The position numbers were made by a program, and so were the translations under genes. This document shows positions 1-21,210 of a stretch of 64,000 bases of DNA, in pieces (position 1 is the first letter of the stretch; each line of letters begins with the position of its first letter). A model generated the notes under the pieces. The model saw only the letters and a program-made list of their open reading frames with translations, was not told where the DNA came from and did no database searches. The DNA is from the human T2T-CHM13v2.0 reference genome, Homo sapiens. The stretch lies in NCBI RefSeq assembly GCF_009914755.1, contig NC_060942.1. The stretch is one strand, 5' to 3'.

Positions 1-216
<216 letters not shown>

Positions 217-869
217 TTAAGCTGATTATTTATCTAGTCGGATTAACATCTACCATATTTGTTACTACTTTCTATTTTTTTGCCTTTGCTCTTTCTTCTT
301 ATTTTTGTATTTCACATTTTTTCTGCTGTTAATAATTTTCCATTGAGCATTTATGTGATTGAATTTTCTTTTCTTTCTTAGCATACTAATTTTACTTCTC
401 TTTTACCTCTTTGTAGTGGTTACCCTAGAGTTTGCATTATGTATTTACCACGAATCCAATCCACTTTCATATAACACTGTGACACTTCACAGGTTTTGCA
501 AGTACTTTGTAATAATTAAATATTTCCAATTCCTACCACTTATTCCTTGTATCATTGCTGCCATTCATTTCACTTATACATAAATAAATAAATGTACATG
601 TATTTAAATACATTTTTGCAATTGCTATTTTGAACAAACTTATCTGTTAGATCAATTACGAATGAGAAAAATGAGCTGGGCACACTGTCCCACGCCTATA
701 ATTTCAGCACTTTGGGAGGCTGAGGTGGGCGGATCACCAGAGATTAGGAGTTTGAGACCAGCCTGTTCAACATGGTGAAACACCGTCTCTACTAAAAAAA
801 AAAAACAAAAAAAAAAAAACAAACAAAAAATAGCCAGATGTGGCAGGTGCCTGTAATCCTAACTACTCA

Positions 870-1016
<147 letters not shown>

Positions 1017-1321
1017 TTATTTTAGTTTCTGACCTATGTCATTTTCCTTCTCTCAGAAGAACTTCTTAACATTTCTTGAAGGTCTGCTGGCAACAAATTC
1101 CCTCAATTTTTGTTTATCTGAAATAGTCTTTATTTTTCTTTCACTTTTACGGATAATTTCACAGGGTACAAAATTCTAGATGGGTGTTTTTGGTTTTTTA
1201 TTCTCCTAATACTTTAAATATTTCACTCTGTTCTTGCATGGTTTCCGAGAAGTTGGATATACTTCTTTCAATTTTTTTCGTTTTTGAGTGTTTTTATAGT
1301 GACTAAGCCTCGCTATGTTGC

Positions 1322-1485
1322 TATTAGTCCGTTTTAACGCTGCTGATAAAGACATACCTGATACTGCGCAATTTACAAAAGAAAGAGGTTTATGGGACTT
1401 ACAGTTCCATGTGGCTGGGGAGGCCCCACAATCATGGCATAAGGTGAAAAGCACATGTCACATGGTGGCAGACAGGAGAAGAGGG
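1322..1485 (-). mobile_element. THE1 (MaLR) LTR, 3' half, in opposite orientation to its 5' half
   Basis: Reverse complement reads …gccatgattgtggggcctccccagccacatggaactgtaag…gtctttatcagcagcg…gactaata followed by gcaac. Confidence 0.9.
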
Positions 1486-1505
1486 TAACCGGGCACTGTG
1501 GCTCA

Positions 1506-1766
<261 letters not shown>

Positions 1767-1873
1767 TCAAAAAATAATAATAATAATAATTATATCTGTG
1801 TGGCCACAGTTACCCAAGTGGCTGTGGTGGAAGGATTGCTTAGGGCCAGGAGTTCAAGTCCATCCTGGGCAAC

Positions 1874-2385
<512 letters not shown>

Positions 2386-2669
2386 TGAGACACGGTCTCT
2401 CTCTGTCGCTGAGGCTGGAATGCAGTGGTGTGATCTCAGCTCGCTATAACCTCCACTTCCCAAGCTCAAGCAATCTTTCCACCTCAGCCTACTGAGTAAC
2501 TGGGACCACAGGCATGCACCCCAGCCAGATAACTTTTTGTATTTTTTGTAGAGATGGGATTTTGCCATATTGCCCAGGTTGGTCTTGAACTCCTGGGCTG
2601 AAGTGATCCACCCACCTCAGCCTCCCAAAATTCAGGGATTACAGATGTGAGCCACTGAACCCGGCCTAG

Positions 2670-4480
<1,811 letters not shown>

Positions 4481-4708
4481 CCTTTTAGCTTATAGTGGAA
4501 ACTGCTTGTAACCCCCTTTTTACATATAAGGAAACTAAGGCACAAAGATGGGTAGTAATTTGCTTATGGCCCCTCAGTTAGTAAGGGGCACAGCCAGGAT
4601 TTGGTGTTCTGGCTCAAGAGTCTGTGCTGTCAACCACTACATCGTTGAGAAAAGGCACCAAGCTGGGCTGGTGGGAGATGGAGGAATATATTTTCTTTTT
4701 CTTTTTAA

Positions 4709-5004
<296 letters not shown>

Positions 5005-5111
5005 TAATGTCTACTAAATGTATACTTTCAAAAATTTTTCTAAAACACTTAATAAAGAAACATATGCCTAGGACATTAAAGCAATGATTACCGGCCCAGC
5101 GCGGTGGCTCA

Positions 5112-5447
<336 letters not shown>

Positions 5448-5873
5448 TCACTCCTAAACCTACCATTTGTACGTATTACATTTCAGTCCTTGTCCATCTG
5501 CATGAACACTATGCGTGGATATTATATATTAAAGTTTTTCACCTAACATTGTATCATGGGAATTTCCCCATGTTTCTCCACCTTTTTAAATAAATGATAT
5601 TTAATAGCTGTATAATAGTTTACCTTGGTGAGGTGCTATAAATTACAAAAGCATGCTATTATTGGTTATTTGATAATTAGTGTTTTTCTTTTACAATGAT
5701 AAATAATGTTTCACAATTGTTTACCTTTCATTGAGTAATTTAACTCAAGCCCCAAGAGTGTGATTTTTGGGTCAATTGGTACGGATAGATGTGTAACTAT
5801 TGCTAACTTTTGTCATATTTGTTTCCAGAATGATCGTACCAGTTTTCTGGGCTTCCAGCATTGCATAATTATA

Positions 5874-5910
5874 TCAGGTTGGTGCAAAAGTAATTGAGGT
5901 TTTTGCCATA
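5874..5910. mobile_element. MADE1 (mariner MITE) half
   Basis: caggttggtgcaaaagtaattgaggtttttgccat matches the mariner TIR. Confidence 0.75.
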
Positions 5911-6582
5911 TTATACACACACACACACTATATATATATATTACATATACACACATAGAATTTATTAATAAATATATTAACTATATGTATATGATATATA
6001 TACACACCTCTTAAAAGTATAGTGTCAATCAATAGTGAGAGGTTCTAAAACAGGACCATTTCCATAAACTGATAAATTCCTCCTTTTCAGATTTTCAGTT
6101 TACGTTACATGTAGCCTTGATTATAGGAGGCATTCCATAGATTTTATTGAATGGATGGATAATGGAAGGATGGATAGGTGACATTCAAATGATTCTTCCT
6201 AATTAACACACTGAAAGTTAGTAGCAAAGTTGAGATGATACACTGATTTATAATTTAGAGTAGTTTCTCTCACCGTAACTCCAGTTTTACTTTATTCAGC
6301 CAACATTTGCTGTATATTTAGTATGTGCAAATCACAATGCTGGAAGCTGGGGGTACTACTAGCAATAAAACATGGTTCTACCCACCAAGAAACTCCCAGT
6401 TTGAGAAATTCACATGCCTCTCTCCATCAGATTCTCATTTACAACATGAAATTATTGACCCCAAATTCTGTAATTTTATGAAATCCTACATTTCCCATTT
6501 ATAGATACTAAGGCTCTAAAGTAGGTAAAGAGTAATCTGAAGGACTGGTGATTCAGGATAATGACAGGGAATATCTTCTTTT

Positions 6583-6632
6583 TCATTCATTCATTCATTC
6601 ATTCATTCATCATTCATTCATTCATCATTCAT
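6583..6632. repeat. (ATTC)n microsatellite at a probable L2 end
   Basis: tcattcattcatt… followed by L2-like tgagcac…actaaacaccagacact. Confidence 0.8.
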
Positions 6633-7026
6633 TGAGCACACACTAAACACCAGACACTTAAGTGTTGGGAATAGAAATAGAAATAAGGTAAGTTCTCTTC
6701 TCATAAAAAGTGCACTGTCTCATATGGGAAGGTCTCTTATTTTTTTTGTTTTCAGAGGTATAGTTTGGCAACCCAAGAGTACTGCACACAGTATTTATAT
6801 GTATGTAATATGCTTACAGTACTATTCAAACAAAACTCAAATGGAGTGGTGTCTAGTATTAAAGTACAGGAGAGAATCAACTAATATTGATTCAACTTCA
6901 CCCTTTAAATACTCCCAAAACTTAGAGGAAAATATCATTGAATTTTGTAGACTTATCACGGGGAAAAATGCTTTTACCTTACTTCAAAACATCAAGACAA
7001 AAGAGGATGCGTGCATGTGGACTTAC

Positions 7027-7118
7027 CACTTCTCTTCTTCTACTTGCACTCCCACGGACTGGAACTTACTGGGTGCTTTATTCTCCCCTGTTTTGTCAGG
7101 TTCTTCAGCATCATCCAC
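7027..7118 (-). CDS. DLGAP1: DLGAP1 internal coding exon, 92 bp: VDDAEEPDKTGENKAPSKFQSVGVQVEEEK(C)
   Basis: Minus-strand acceptor tgatttctccAG|GTG and donor GTG|gtaagt. The peptide continues DLGAP1 after ...SIGIQ. The ORF track does not call it. Confidence 0.96.
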
Positions 7119-7460
7119 CTGGAGAAATCATCAAATAAATAGAGTTGTTCCATTTCAGTCATCTTGCTTGAAAAACAAACATCACATTTTATGAGAAAAA
7201 TCTCTAATATGACTGGAATGTTTTGTAATTTATAACCTCCTTGTTCAATATTTGTGTACACTACCTTCACTGCACGCTCTTTGACTCTGTTGCTGTTAGT
7301 AAAATGCAATTTTATCCACTCTCAAGGTAGCTGATAAATGTTTATGATTCCTCCACAGATTTGCAAGTCTGTACTTAGACTTAAGTATCTTACTGTAAAT
7401 ACTATATTAGAAGGGAATCTACATGGAAATGTGTTCTTGGAAGTTTTTTTTTTCTAATAG

Positions 7461-7829
<369 letters not shown>

Positions 7830-8203
7830 TAACCTTATTAAGATAAACTATAGAGTGTCTTCATTTTTCTCCCCTTAAATAAAGAATTGACTTTGAATAT
7901 CACTCCATAGTTTCTAAATAGCTATGTGTATATTACAGCTATATAGAAAATATACCATATAGAACTAATAACCTATGCAACAGATTAGCTCCAACCCAAA
8001 TTTGAAGAAAATTTTAGAATTATTAGGTTTATTCCGTTTTCCTACTATGTGTTTAAGAAATGTTGTCTCTAAATATAAAGACAATTCAATGTAAGTTATA
8101 TAAAATTAAAATACAGAAATATATAATGTAGAAAGAGAAAGTCTCCCAAGAATTATTGTCAATTATTTGATGTATATTTGTCTATCTTTATATATATGTC
8201 TAA

Positions 8204-8428
<225 letters not shown>

Positions 8429-9379
8429 TAGCCAGGATGGTCTCGATCTCCTGACCTCGTGATCCGCCCGCCTCGGCCTCCCAAAGTGCTGGGATTACAG
8501 CCATGAGCCACCACGCCTGGCCTAAATGATTATTTTATTTTATTTTATTTTATTTTTGAGACAGAGTCTCACTCTGTCCCCCAGGCTAGAGTGCAGTGGC
8601 GCAATCTCAGCTCCTGCAACCTCCGCTTCCCGGGTTCAAGCAATTCTCCTGCCTCAGCCTCCCGAGTAGCTGAAATTACAGACGCGTGCCACCATGCCCA
8701 GCTAATTTTTGTATTTTTAGTAGAGATGGGATTTCACCATGTTGGTCAGGCTGGTCTCGAACTCCTGACCTCGTGATTTGAGTGCCTCGGCCTCCCAAAT
8801 TGCTGAGATTACAGGCGTGAGCCACCGCACCTGGACAAAAATATTTATTGACTTCTTATGTTTCTATCTGTAAGTTGTCTGTTCATATCCTTTACTAGTC
8901 TCCTCCCTAATTAGGCTGTTTTTTATTTTCTTAATCATAGGATCTCTTTATATTTTATGAACCTAAACTCTTTCTCTGTTACATATACTGCAAAAGTTTT
9001 CTCTCAGTTTATCATGTGTCTTTTAAACTTTGCCCTTCATTGGAGAGAGTCTTAGGTAGTCACATCCAGCTTTTATGGTTTGGAAAGGCTTTTTCTCTGA
9101 GCATATTTTTAAAAGTCTTCTTGTATTTTCTTTTATGCTTTCATGTTATCTTTTTTTCATATTTAATTCTTAAATCCACCATCCTGAAATGTTTCTGTCA
9201 AAGACACATACCTAGAGATCTACTATTACCCTCCTGTACTACCTCCCTTGGGTTATGAATGGATCTGGCTCCGTTTATTAACTAATTCGCCTTTTTTATT
9301 TGAGATGCCAGCTTTATCTGATACCAAACTTTACTCACATATATTTCCCCATACATTCTCATATAGGCATTCCCATATA

Positions 9380-9752
9380 CAGTCATGACACACATAGTGA
9401 CATTTCTGTTAACGATAGAGCACATATACAATAGTGATCATAAGATTATAATGGAACTGTCCTGTGCAGAAGTACCATTCTGTATCTTTTGTACTGTATT
9501 TTTACTGTACCTTTTCTATGGTTAGATACACAAATACTTAACATTATGTTATAATGGCCTACAGTGTTCTGCATAGTCATATGCTGTACAGGTTTATAGC
9601 CTAGGAGCAATGGGCCATACTATATAGCCCAAGTGGGTAGTATGCTCTACCTCCTAGGTTTGTGTAAGTACCTTCTATGATGTTCACACAATGACGAAAT
9701 CACCTAATAACACATTTTCCCAGGTGTATCCCTGTCATTAAGTGACATACAT
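9380..9752 (-). mobile_element. Tigger3a/MER7-type DNA transposon
   Basis: cagtcatg… terminus and internal tttactgtaccttttctat…tgtacaggtttatagcctaggagcaat…tgttcacacaatgacgaaatcacctaa. Confidence 0.8.
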
Positions 9753-9817
9753 ATAAAGACCTGTTTCTGGCCTATTGATCTGCTGGGCTTATTGACCTTC
9801 CCTCTCCTTTTTCCTAA

Positions 9818-10102
<285 letters not shown>

Positions 10103-10214
10103 TAATATAATTTTGTAATCAGTCTTGATATTTTCTATGGCAAGTCTCCTCCTGTAGTTCCTTTTTCAAAAAGTATAATTAGGCTAGGTGAGGTGGCTCA
10201 TGCCTGTAGTCCTA

Positions 10215-10517
<303 letters not shown>

Positions 10518-10749
10518 CTAGGTTATTTTGGAGTATTAACTTCTAAGTAAACTTTAACATCAAATTGTCAAGCTCGTCCTGTTAGCCTCCACCAAGTGAT
10601 AAAAATCATATTGGAATTTTTATTGGAATTTCTTTAAATATTTGTATTAATTTTCAGGAAATTGTTGTCTTTTTACTATGTAGTATTCCTGTGTAGGAAT
10701 AGTAAATAATTTTCCATTTATTACAGTATTATATTTTATTTATTTATTT

Positions 10750-11048
10750 GCTGGACGAGATCTTGCTATGTTGCCCAGGCTACAGTACAGTGGCTATTCA
10801 CAAAGTCGATCCCATTAGTGATCAGCAGGGCAATTTTGACCTGCTCCTTTTCTGACCTGAGCCAGTTCACCCCTCCTTAGGCAAACTGATGGTCCCCTGC
10901 CCCTGGCAGGTCACCATACTGATGCTGAACTTACTGTGGACACCCCATCACTATAGTGCACTACAGCCCAAGACTCCTGGGCTCATGTGATCCTCCTGCC
11001 TAAGCCCCCTGAGTAGTTGAGACACAGGTGTGCATGACCATGCATGGA
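10750..11048 (-). pseudogene. Full-length 7SL (SRP) RNA pseudogene, probably the locus named RN7SL39P
   Basis: Has the Alu-domain ends plus the S-domain (…gacctgctccttttctgacctgagccagttcacccctccttaggcaa…ggtcaccatactgatgctgaactta…) that Alus lack. T-rich tail on the left, many substitutions. Confidence 0.9.
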
Positions 11049-11633
11049 GGTTATTTACTTATTTATTTATTTTCAGATGGAGTCTTGGGACTCTCACTCT
11101 GTCGCCCAGGCTGGAGTGCAGTGGCGGAGTCTCGGCTCACTGCAACCTCCGCCTCGGGGGTTCAAGCCATTCTCCTGCCTCAGCCTCCTGAATAGCTGAG
11201 ACTACAGGCACGTCCACCACGCCCGGCTAATTTTTGTATTTTTTAGTAGAGACTGGGTTTCATCATGTTGGCCAGGATGGTCTGGATCTCTTGACCTCGT
11301 GATCCGCCCGCCTCGGCCTCCCAAAGTGCTGGGATTACAGGCGTGAGCCAATGTTCCCGGCCGCCTGGAGGTCTTATATTTTATGTAAGGTAAGTTTTTA
11401 TATTGTTTTCAAATAGGAGTTACATATTATTTCTGAAGCTCAATTGTGTTGTTTTATAGTTTTTGTTACTACTGTGAATGGGTTATTTTTGTACCTTTAT
11501 ATTTTGTTTATTGATAATATATAGATAAGTTATTGATTCCTCTGTATTTATATTATATTCTTTCACGTTGCTGAATTCTAATGGATTTTCAGTGGTTTCT
11601 TCTAGGTTTTTTTTTTTTTTTTTTTTCTTTTGA

Positions 11634-11756
<123 letters not shown>

Positions 11757-13985
11757 TAAAGGTGGACATGTATATTATCTACGAATAAAAGCAATTTTGC
11801 TTTGTTTTGAAATATTTACAGTTCATTTCTTGCTTTGTGTCTTGGCCAGTAAAGGCAAACAACACTGAATAAGCCTAAGAAAATATTCATCCTTACTTGA
11901 CTTCTGACTCTGGAATATCTCTAGCATTTCGTCTTTAAGCAGAAGTTTAGATTGGTTTCTTTTATTTATTTATTTGTTTGTTTGTTTGTTTGTTTGTTTG
12001 TTTGTTTCTGAGACAGAGTCTCACTCTGTTGCCCAGGCTGGAGTGCAGTGGCGCAATCTAAGCTCACTAAGCAACTTCCACCCCCCAGGTTCAAGTGATT
12101 CTCCTGCCTCAGCCTCCCGAGTAGCTGGGACTACAGGCATGTGCCATCATGCCTGGCTAATTTTTGTATTTTTAGTAGAGACGGGATTTTGCCATGCTGG
12201 CCAGGCTGGTCTCAAACTCCTGATCTCAAGTGATCCACCCACTTCAGCCTCCCAAAGTACTGGGATTACAGGTGTGAGCCACTACACCCGGCCTTTAGTT
12301 TGGTTTCTTATAAATGCTTTTTATCATGTTGATACTTGGAATGGCTTCTGATTTTTACCAAATGCAATAGTTTTTACTATCTATCTGATACCAAACTTTT
12401 CCCCCTAAAGGCTAAAATAACTTTGGATTTCTGTGACATACACTACTTGGTAATAGTATATTATTTTTATTTCATTTTTCTTACTTCAGACAGGAAATAT
12501 GCTGACACGATAATAAGATGTGAGGGAGGCACATCTTAAACTTTTGTGTGAAGACCCAATCATCATGCTGATGAATCACAAAAAGATCAGTAAAGGTATA
12601 TTATTTTTAAAAATATATATACACTTTGATTAATTCTCAAATTTGGTAAGAATTTTTACATGTATTTTTGTAAGCATGTTATTCCATAATTATTTTTTCT
12701 TGTGTTCTTTCAAATTTAGGTATTAGAGTTATGCTTATTTGATTAAAATATATTAAGAATCTTGTCTGGGCGCAGTGGTTCACACCTGTAATCCCAGCAC
12801 TTTGGGAAGCCGAGACGGGCAGATCACCTGAGGTCAGGAGTTTGAGACCAGCCTAGCCAACATGGTGAAACCCCGTCTCTACTAAAAATACAAAAATTAG
12901 CCGGGCGTGGTAGCGCGTGGATGTAGTCCCAGCTACTCGGGAGACTGAGGCAGGATAATTGCTTGAACCCAGGAGATGGAAGTTACAGTGAGCCTAGATC
13001 ATACCACCGCACTCCAGCCTGGGTGACAAGAGCAAAACTCCATCTCAAAAGAAAAAAGAGTCTTGATCTTTTTTGTAATATTACATGCTTTAAATAACAT
13101 AGGAATTATTTGCTTCATGAATGTTGAGAAAACCTTTCCTGTTAAAATGATCCAAGTCCGTAACATTTGTGAAAGGTTTTTTTTTTCTTCACTTTTTTTG
13201 CACTTTATTCTATGGTTATAAGATTTCTTCCTCCAGGTTTTTATTTTATTTATTTATTTATTTTTTAGACAGAGGGTTTCTGTCATCCAAGCTGGAGTGC
13301 TGTGGCAAAATCATGGCTTACTGCCACTGTGACCTCCTGGTCTCAAGTGATCCTCCCACCTCAGCCTCCCAAGTAGCTGGCACTCAGGTATGTGCCAGCA
13401 CGCACGACTAATTTTTTCTACTTTTTGTAGAGACAAGGTCTCGTTATGTTGCTTAAGCTGGTCTTGAATTCCCTGGCTCAAGCCATCTACCCACCTTAGC
13501 TTCCCAAAGTGCTGGGATTACAAGTGTGAGCCACTGAGCCTGACCTCTTTCCCCAGATTTAATACTCCCTCTTGCATCGGTATTAGTAATATACATGAGT
13601 GTACGTATTATTTTGACTTTAAAATTTGCCAACATTAAGCTGTCACAAGAATCTTTTATAGTTTTTCGAAAGGTCATATACTATTCTCATTCCTAATATT
13701 GTTGATTTCTATTTTCCCTCTCTCAATCAGACTTGTCTATTTATTTAGTATTTTCAAATAACCAATTTTGGTTTATCAATTCCACTTTACTTGTAATTCC
13801 TTCTTTTGAATCTGTTGTTCTTTTTCTAGCTTTGTAAATTGAGTGTTTACTTTATATTGTAATATTTCTTCCTTAATTATGAAAGAACATAGGGCTAGAA
13901 ATTTTTGTTAGGTCATAACTATGGCCACAGCCCATAGTGGTGATTTATAGGATTCCTGCTGTCATTTATTTCAAAATAATCTTGA

Positions 13986-14642
<657 letters not shown>

Positions 14643-15589
14643 TTTTTATTTTTCAAAGCTTTCTTTCAAATAGTAACCATTCCTTTGGTTTGTACTTTAC
14701 TTGGCAGAGACAAGTTTCATTATCTGCAGTTGGACTTATTTCTTCACATAAGCATAAAATATTAATATATATCTGTACACTTGGACAGGTATTAAAGGAA
14801 ATAAATAAGTCTTAAGAGTATGATCTAAAATAACTAAATTTTCTTTTATTTTTAATTCAAAGAATAGAGAAAGCCATTGCATTTCATATAATGTGAAGAT
14901 TAAGCTGTTCTTTTCATCTGTTTTGCAAATTGAGTTAAATGATAATATATGGAAATCATAATGTACCATCAGGAAGTAGAGGGGTCAGGGCCTAAAGGTA
15001 GTACATGAAACTCATCTGTAGTCAGAATTACTCTTGAGAGACTAAAAGACAATGTAACCAACTGTTGCCAGGGGTCACCTTTGGGGAGTACAGTAGGAAT
15101 ACGAGGTGGGAGTGGGAAAGAAGGGGAAATCTCATATTTTGCTCTATACACTCCTGTACTGTACGAACTCTTTATAATAATCCTGTATACATGAATTACT
15201 CACTTTGTAATTATAAGAAAACAAAAAAAATTTATCCTAAAGGTGCCTATGACTTTTAGTTTAGACATACAACTTTGCTCTAAATCCAGAGCAGCCAGTC
15301 CCCACAATGCCCCCATCACCCCCAGCACTAGGGCATCAAGAAAAACACCAGATAAAGTACTTGACTTGTTTTGGTGCCATATTATACAGAAATTTATATC
15401 TTTAAATATTCTAGAAGCAGAGTGCCACGAGGTGCTCCCATAAGAACATAGGAATCAAGACTACACACGGATCATGTCCATTTTAGGTCTTTTAACACAC
15501 ATGCTGATTGAAGGAAACAGCACATTTATTTATTATATCAGACAAAGAGCTTTGTTTTGGTGATTTGCTTACTGTCTAGCAGCCTCGAG

Positions 15590-16960
<1,371 letters not shown>

Positions 16961-17888
16961 TTCCATATGACTACACTTTTGTAAATTAAAAACGCTTAGG
17001 ATGTCAGCCAAAGTAGGATGTTGTGTCTTCTACTATGCGGTGGTATAAAACTATCCAATGAAATTTGTTCAGAAGACGCATGGTAGTTATTTCCCTGAAG
17101 AAGCACGATCCTCAATGCATGAAAAAGAGGAGACAGAAAAGAAGGAGGGTTCATCAGAACAAGAATGGAGGATATTGTTCTCTGCCTGGTCCAAGCCTCA
17201 TCCCCACTGGTCCTAGAACTGCCAGCTCATTTGCATCAAGTATTAGCATCTTCTAAGCTTTAGTCATTGTATATAAATTTATCTGTGATTTTTTACTCTT
17301 AGCTCCAAATATTGGCAAATGGCATCTTTTATGTATTGTATCTAGGGTAATCTACTTAAATTTATAAAGTGGCTTTCAAAATTGTAAAAGAAGTTGCAGG
17401 ATATGAGATCTCTGTCCAAAAAAATAATAATTGAGAAAGTCCATGGCATATTTAGTTCAGCATATTTAGCTAATTATAATTTTAAAGGACAATATTAATC
17501 ATAACAACTAAATCTAATAATTGTTGAACACTTATGCCTGGCACTGTGCTTACGGCCTTACATATATTTTATCAATTAATTTTTACCATACCCAAAATGT
17601 ACCATATGAAATAAGGACTATTATTATTCTCATTTTCCAGATGAAGAATCTGAGATACAGAAATATTAAGTAATTGATCTAAGTTCACAGAGGTTATAAA
17701 GTAAGTAGTTGTAGTATTAGCTATTGGGTATGAATTAAATGTAAAGTTTTGGTAAAGGATTGGAAACTCTGGCCCTAAGAGAGAAAGCATGGAAGGAAGT
17801 CTAAGATTCTAGTGTGACATATTTTGGGAACTTGCATTTAAATTTGATTTCTGTATAACGAAATTCAATGAATAGTTTGCGTCTTTAA

Positions 17889-18119
<231 letters not shown>

Positions 18120-18757
18120 TGATCTGCCCACCTCAGCCTCCCAAAGTGCTGAGATTACAGGCCTGAGCCACCGCACCTGGCCATTTTTTTTTTTTCTTAT
18201 TATTCTCCATCAAAGAAGTAGTATAATGTGATCATGTTAGACACTAGGTACAATCTTGGCTCTGTCAACAAAAAGCAGGTGACCTTGGGCAAGTTTTCCA
18301 ACCTCTCTGTGCTCTCATCTGTAGGGCAGAGATGATCCTAACACCTACGCCATAAGGTGGTTGGATGAGTCAAATGAGAGTCACATAAAGTACTCAGTAC
18401 TTTGCTATAATTTACATAGCAGTGTACAATGATTAGAGGAAGAATAAGAACAATTTTTTTATTCACTAAAATATCCAACTATTTAAGACATGAGATAATG
18501 TCTCAAGTAAAAACTTTTCTCCCCAATGGTATACGTGGATTTAAGTCTAGTTCCATCCTACTGGGTGAAAATAATAATTATTATTATTATTCTGAAACTG
18601 TTTTAAAAAATCTAGCTTCCTGTGGAGGTTATAGTTTGGTGGGTGCATCATCACCACTAAACACACACAGTATAGTGATGGTCACACAACAATGTGAATG
18701 TCCTTAGTGCCACTGAACTGTAGGTGTAAAAATAGTTAAAACGGTCTTTCTTTTTGA

Positions 18758-18916
<159 letters not shown>

Positions 18917-19697
18917 TAGTAAAGATGGAGTTTCTCCATGTTGGTCAGGCTAGTCTCGAACTCCCGACCTCAGGTGACCCACCCGCCTTGGCCTCCCAAA
19001 GTGCTGGGATTACAGGCATGAGCTACTGTGCCTGGCCACGCCTGGCTTTTAAATTAGCCTTAGAGTGGGTTCAATGTGGATGGATTTATTCAACAGCAAA
19101 TTGAGAAGTTATTATTCAAAGGGTACCCGCAGACTGATATAGCACAACAAAAATGGAGAGAGAGGATGATTTTTCTTCTTTGATAGAAGAACACTTTTAG
19201 CAGGGTAACCCAAGCTAAACAGATGTAAAAGAAACAAGGTGGAATCAGTTTGATCTTATCTTTGAAAAGCAGAAAAACAGTGAACTGAACTGAGAAGCCT
19301 ACTGAGTTTTCTACCATTTTCATGAAATGCTTGATTAGGCTGAAACTAGTGCACATTCTTTCCTCATGATGCTGTGATGTGTGTTATTGCTTTCCACACT
19401 GTCAGTCACTTTGGTCTTGCTCGCCTTCACTCCCACATCTATGGGAAGTGATTCACATTTTTGTTCTCATATGGTCATTCAATAGTGTTGAACATACTGT
19501 TATGTGGCTCGATGACCCCGGCTATTCCTGCAAGTCCACTCTCTTTTCTAAAAATAGAAATGTGCGTTAGGAATTAAAAGCACCTCATGTTTGATTGTGT
19601 TCATGTTCTTTGAATTATCCTGCAGCTTGAGTCACACATTCAATTTAGAGAACAAAAATAATAGCTGCTAATAATGTCTACAAAGAAAATACTTTCA

Positions 19698-21210
19698 GAA
19701 ACCCTGATTTGAGCCAGACGTCCAAAGTCAAACCTCCGGGTGGACATTCCCCTCAGGTGAACCATCTGAAAAGACCAGTCAGTGGAGTGGGGGACGCTCC
19801 AGGCACCAGCAATGGCGCAACTGTCTCTTCCACCAAAAGGCACAAGTCCCTTTTTCAGTGCGCGAAATGTAGTTTTGCCACAGACTCGGGGCTCGAATTT
19901 CAGAGCCACATACCTAAGCACCAGGTGGACAGCTCCACAGCCCAATGTCTCCTCTGTGGTTTGTGCTACACCTCTGCCAGCTCCCTCAGCCGCCACCTCT
20001 TCATTGTCCACAAGGTGAGAGACCAGGAGGAGGAGGAGGAAGAGGAGGCGGCGGCAGCGGAGATGGCAGTGGAGGTGGCAGAGCCAGAGGAGGGCTCCGG
20101 GGAGGAGGTGCCCATGGAGACTAGAGAGAATGGACTGGAAGAATGTGCCGGTGAGCCTTTGTCGGCTGACCCAGAGGCGAGGAGATTGCTGGGCCCGGCC
20201 CCTGAGGACGACGGTGGCCACAATGATCACAGTCAACCACAGGCCTCTCAGGACCAGGACAGCCACGCACCATCCCCTCAGGTGTGACCGGAGACTTTGC
20301 AGTGTGCATGGTCAGGGGTGGTGCCGAAGCGTCTTCCACCTGCCGTGCGGACCGTGGAAAATAAAAGGCTCTGCCCCCAGGGTGAGTGTGGCCGGTTGTA
20401 CCCTGCAGTAGCGTCTGCCCTGAGCTGCCAGTGCTGGGTATCCCCCAGCCCCAGGAAATGTGGGGTCGGCCGGGACCCTCACAGCTCTGAATTTGCTTCT
20501 GTTATTTACGGCTTTTTGCTGCTTCTTGGTACCCCATCTCCTGTCTGTGTCCTTCCAACCCCAGGCTGCTTATGTGGCCCAACCCCAATGCTGTCAACTA
20601 GGCTTGAACCCCACAGCGGCTGTGCTCTTCTGGGAGGTTCCCGCTTGCTGCCTTTAGCCAGGGCGCTCCTCAGAGCCCTGTTTTCCTGCAGACACCAGCT
20701 CTCCTTCCTGCCTTTAGATCCTGAGAAGGAGGGAAATGAGGGGTGCTGACACAGTCCCTCTGGGAGAGCTCTGCCTAGTCTGGTTTGGTGAGGCCCTTGA
20801 TCACCTTGGCCCTCCTCCCTGTCTTCTCTGATTCTTTTCCCTCAAAATAGTCCTGAGAACTAATTGTCACACTGGCTTATCATGTCTCTGTGGGTGAGGT
20901 GGGAGAAGCCTCTGCTGCACACCTCTGTTTGGAACCTGGGCAGAGCAGGAGGTAAGGCAAAGGCAGGCAGGCACCAAGAACCAGACCCCTTGAGAAGGCG
21001 CTGTGGGTGGGTCTTTGTTCTGCTGTTCTGCCTTTCCTGACAGGTGGGGTTGGGGCACACAGACATTGGAATATTTGTACTGCTCTCGTGCCATTTGAGA
21101 GGCTGCTGCCCCAGGCAGGCCAGCCCCTACTCCTCTTGGCTACACTCATGTTGCTCAGACTATATTTCAAATAAAAAAATCTTCTCACCATGAAAAAAAA
21201 AAAAAAAAGA
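19698..21210 (+). pseudogene. 5'-truncated processed pseudogene (retrocopy) of ZNF592: C-terminal C2H2 fingers, 3' UTR and poly(A)
   Basis: Open frame [16 protein letters not shown]...FQCAKC...CLLCGLCY...HKV...SPQV* (stop at 20287), recognised as the ZNF592 C-terminus. AATAAA at 21170-21175, poly(A) at 21193-21208, and a 16-bp TSD aaagaaaatactttca at 19682-19697 and 21211-21226. Confidence 0.93.

Noticed and set aside
6583-6632. TCAT cluster as a NOVA (YCAY) splicing element near the 92-bp exon
   Set aside because: It is on the wrong strand: the DLGAP1 pre-mRNA reads (GAAU)n here, and it looks like an L2 tail.
19640-20266. 208-aa minus-strand ORF
   Set aside because: It is the antisense shadow of the GC-rich ZNF592 retrocopy frame, with no independent evidence.
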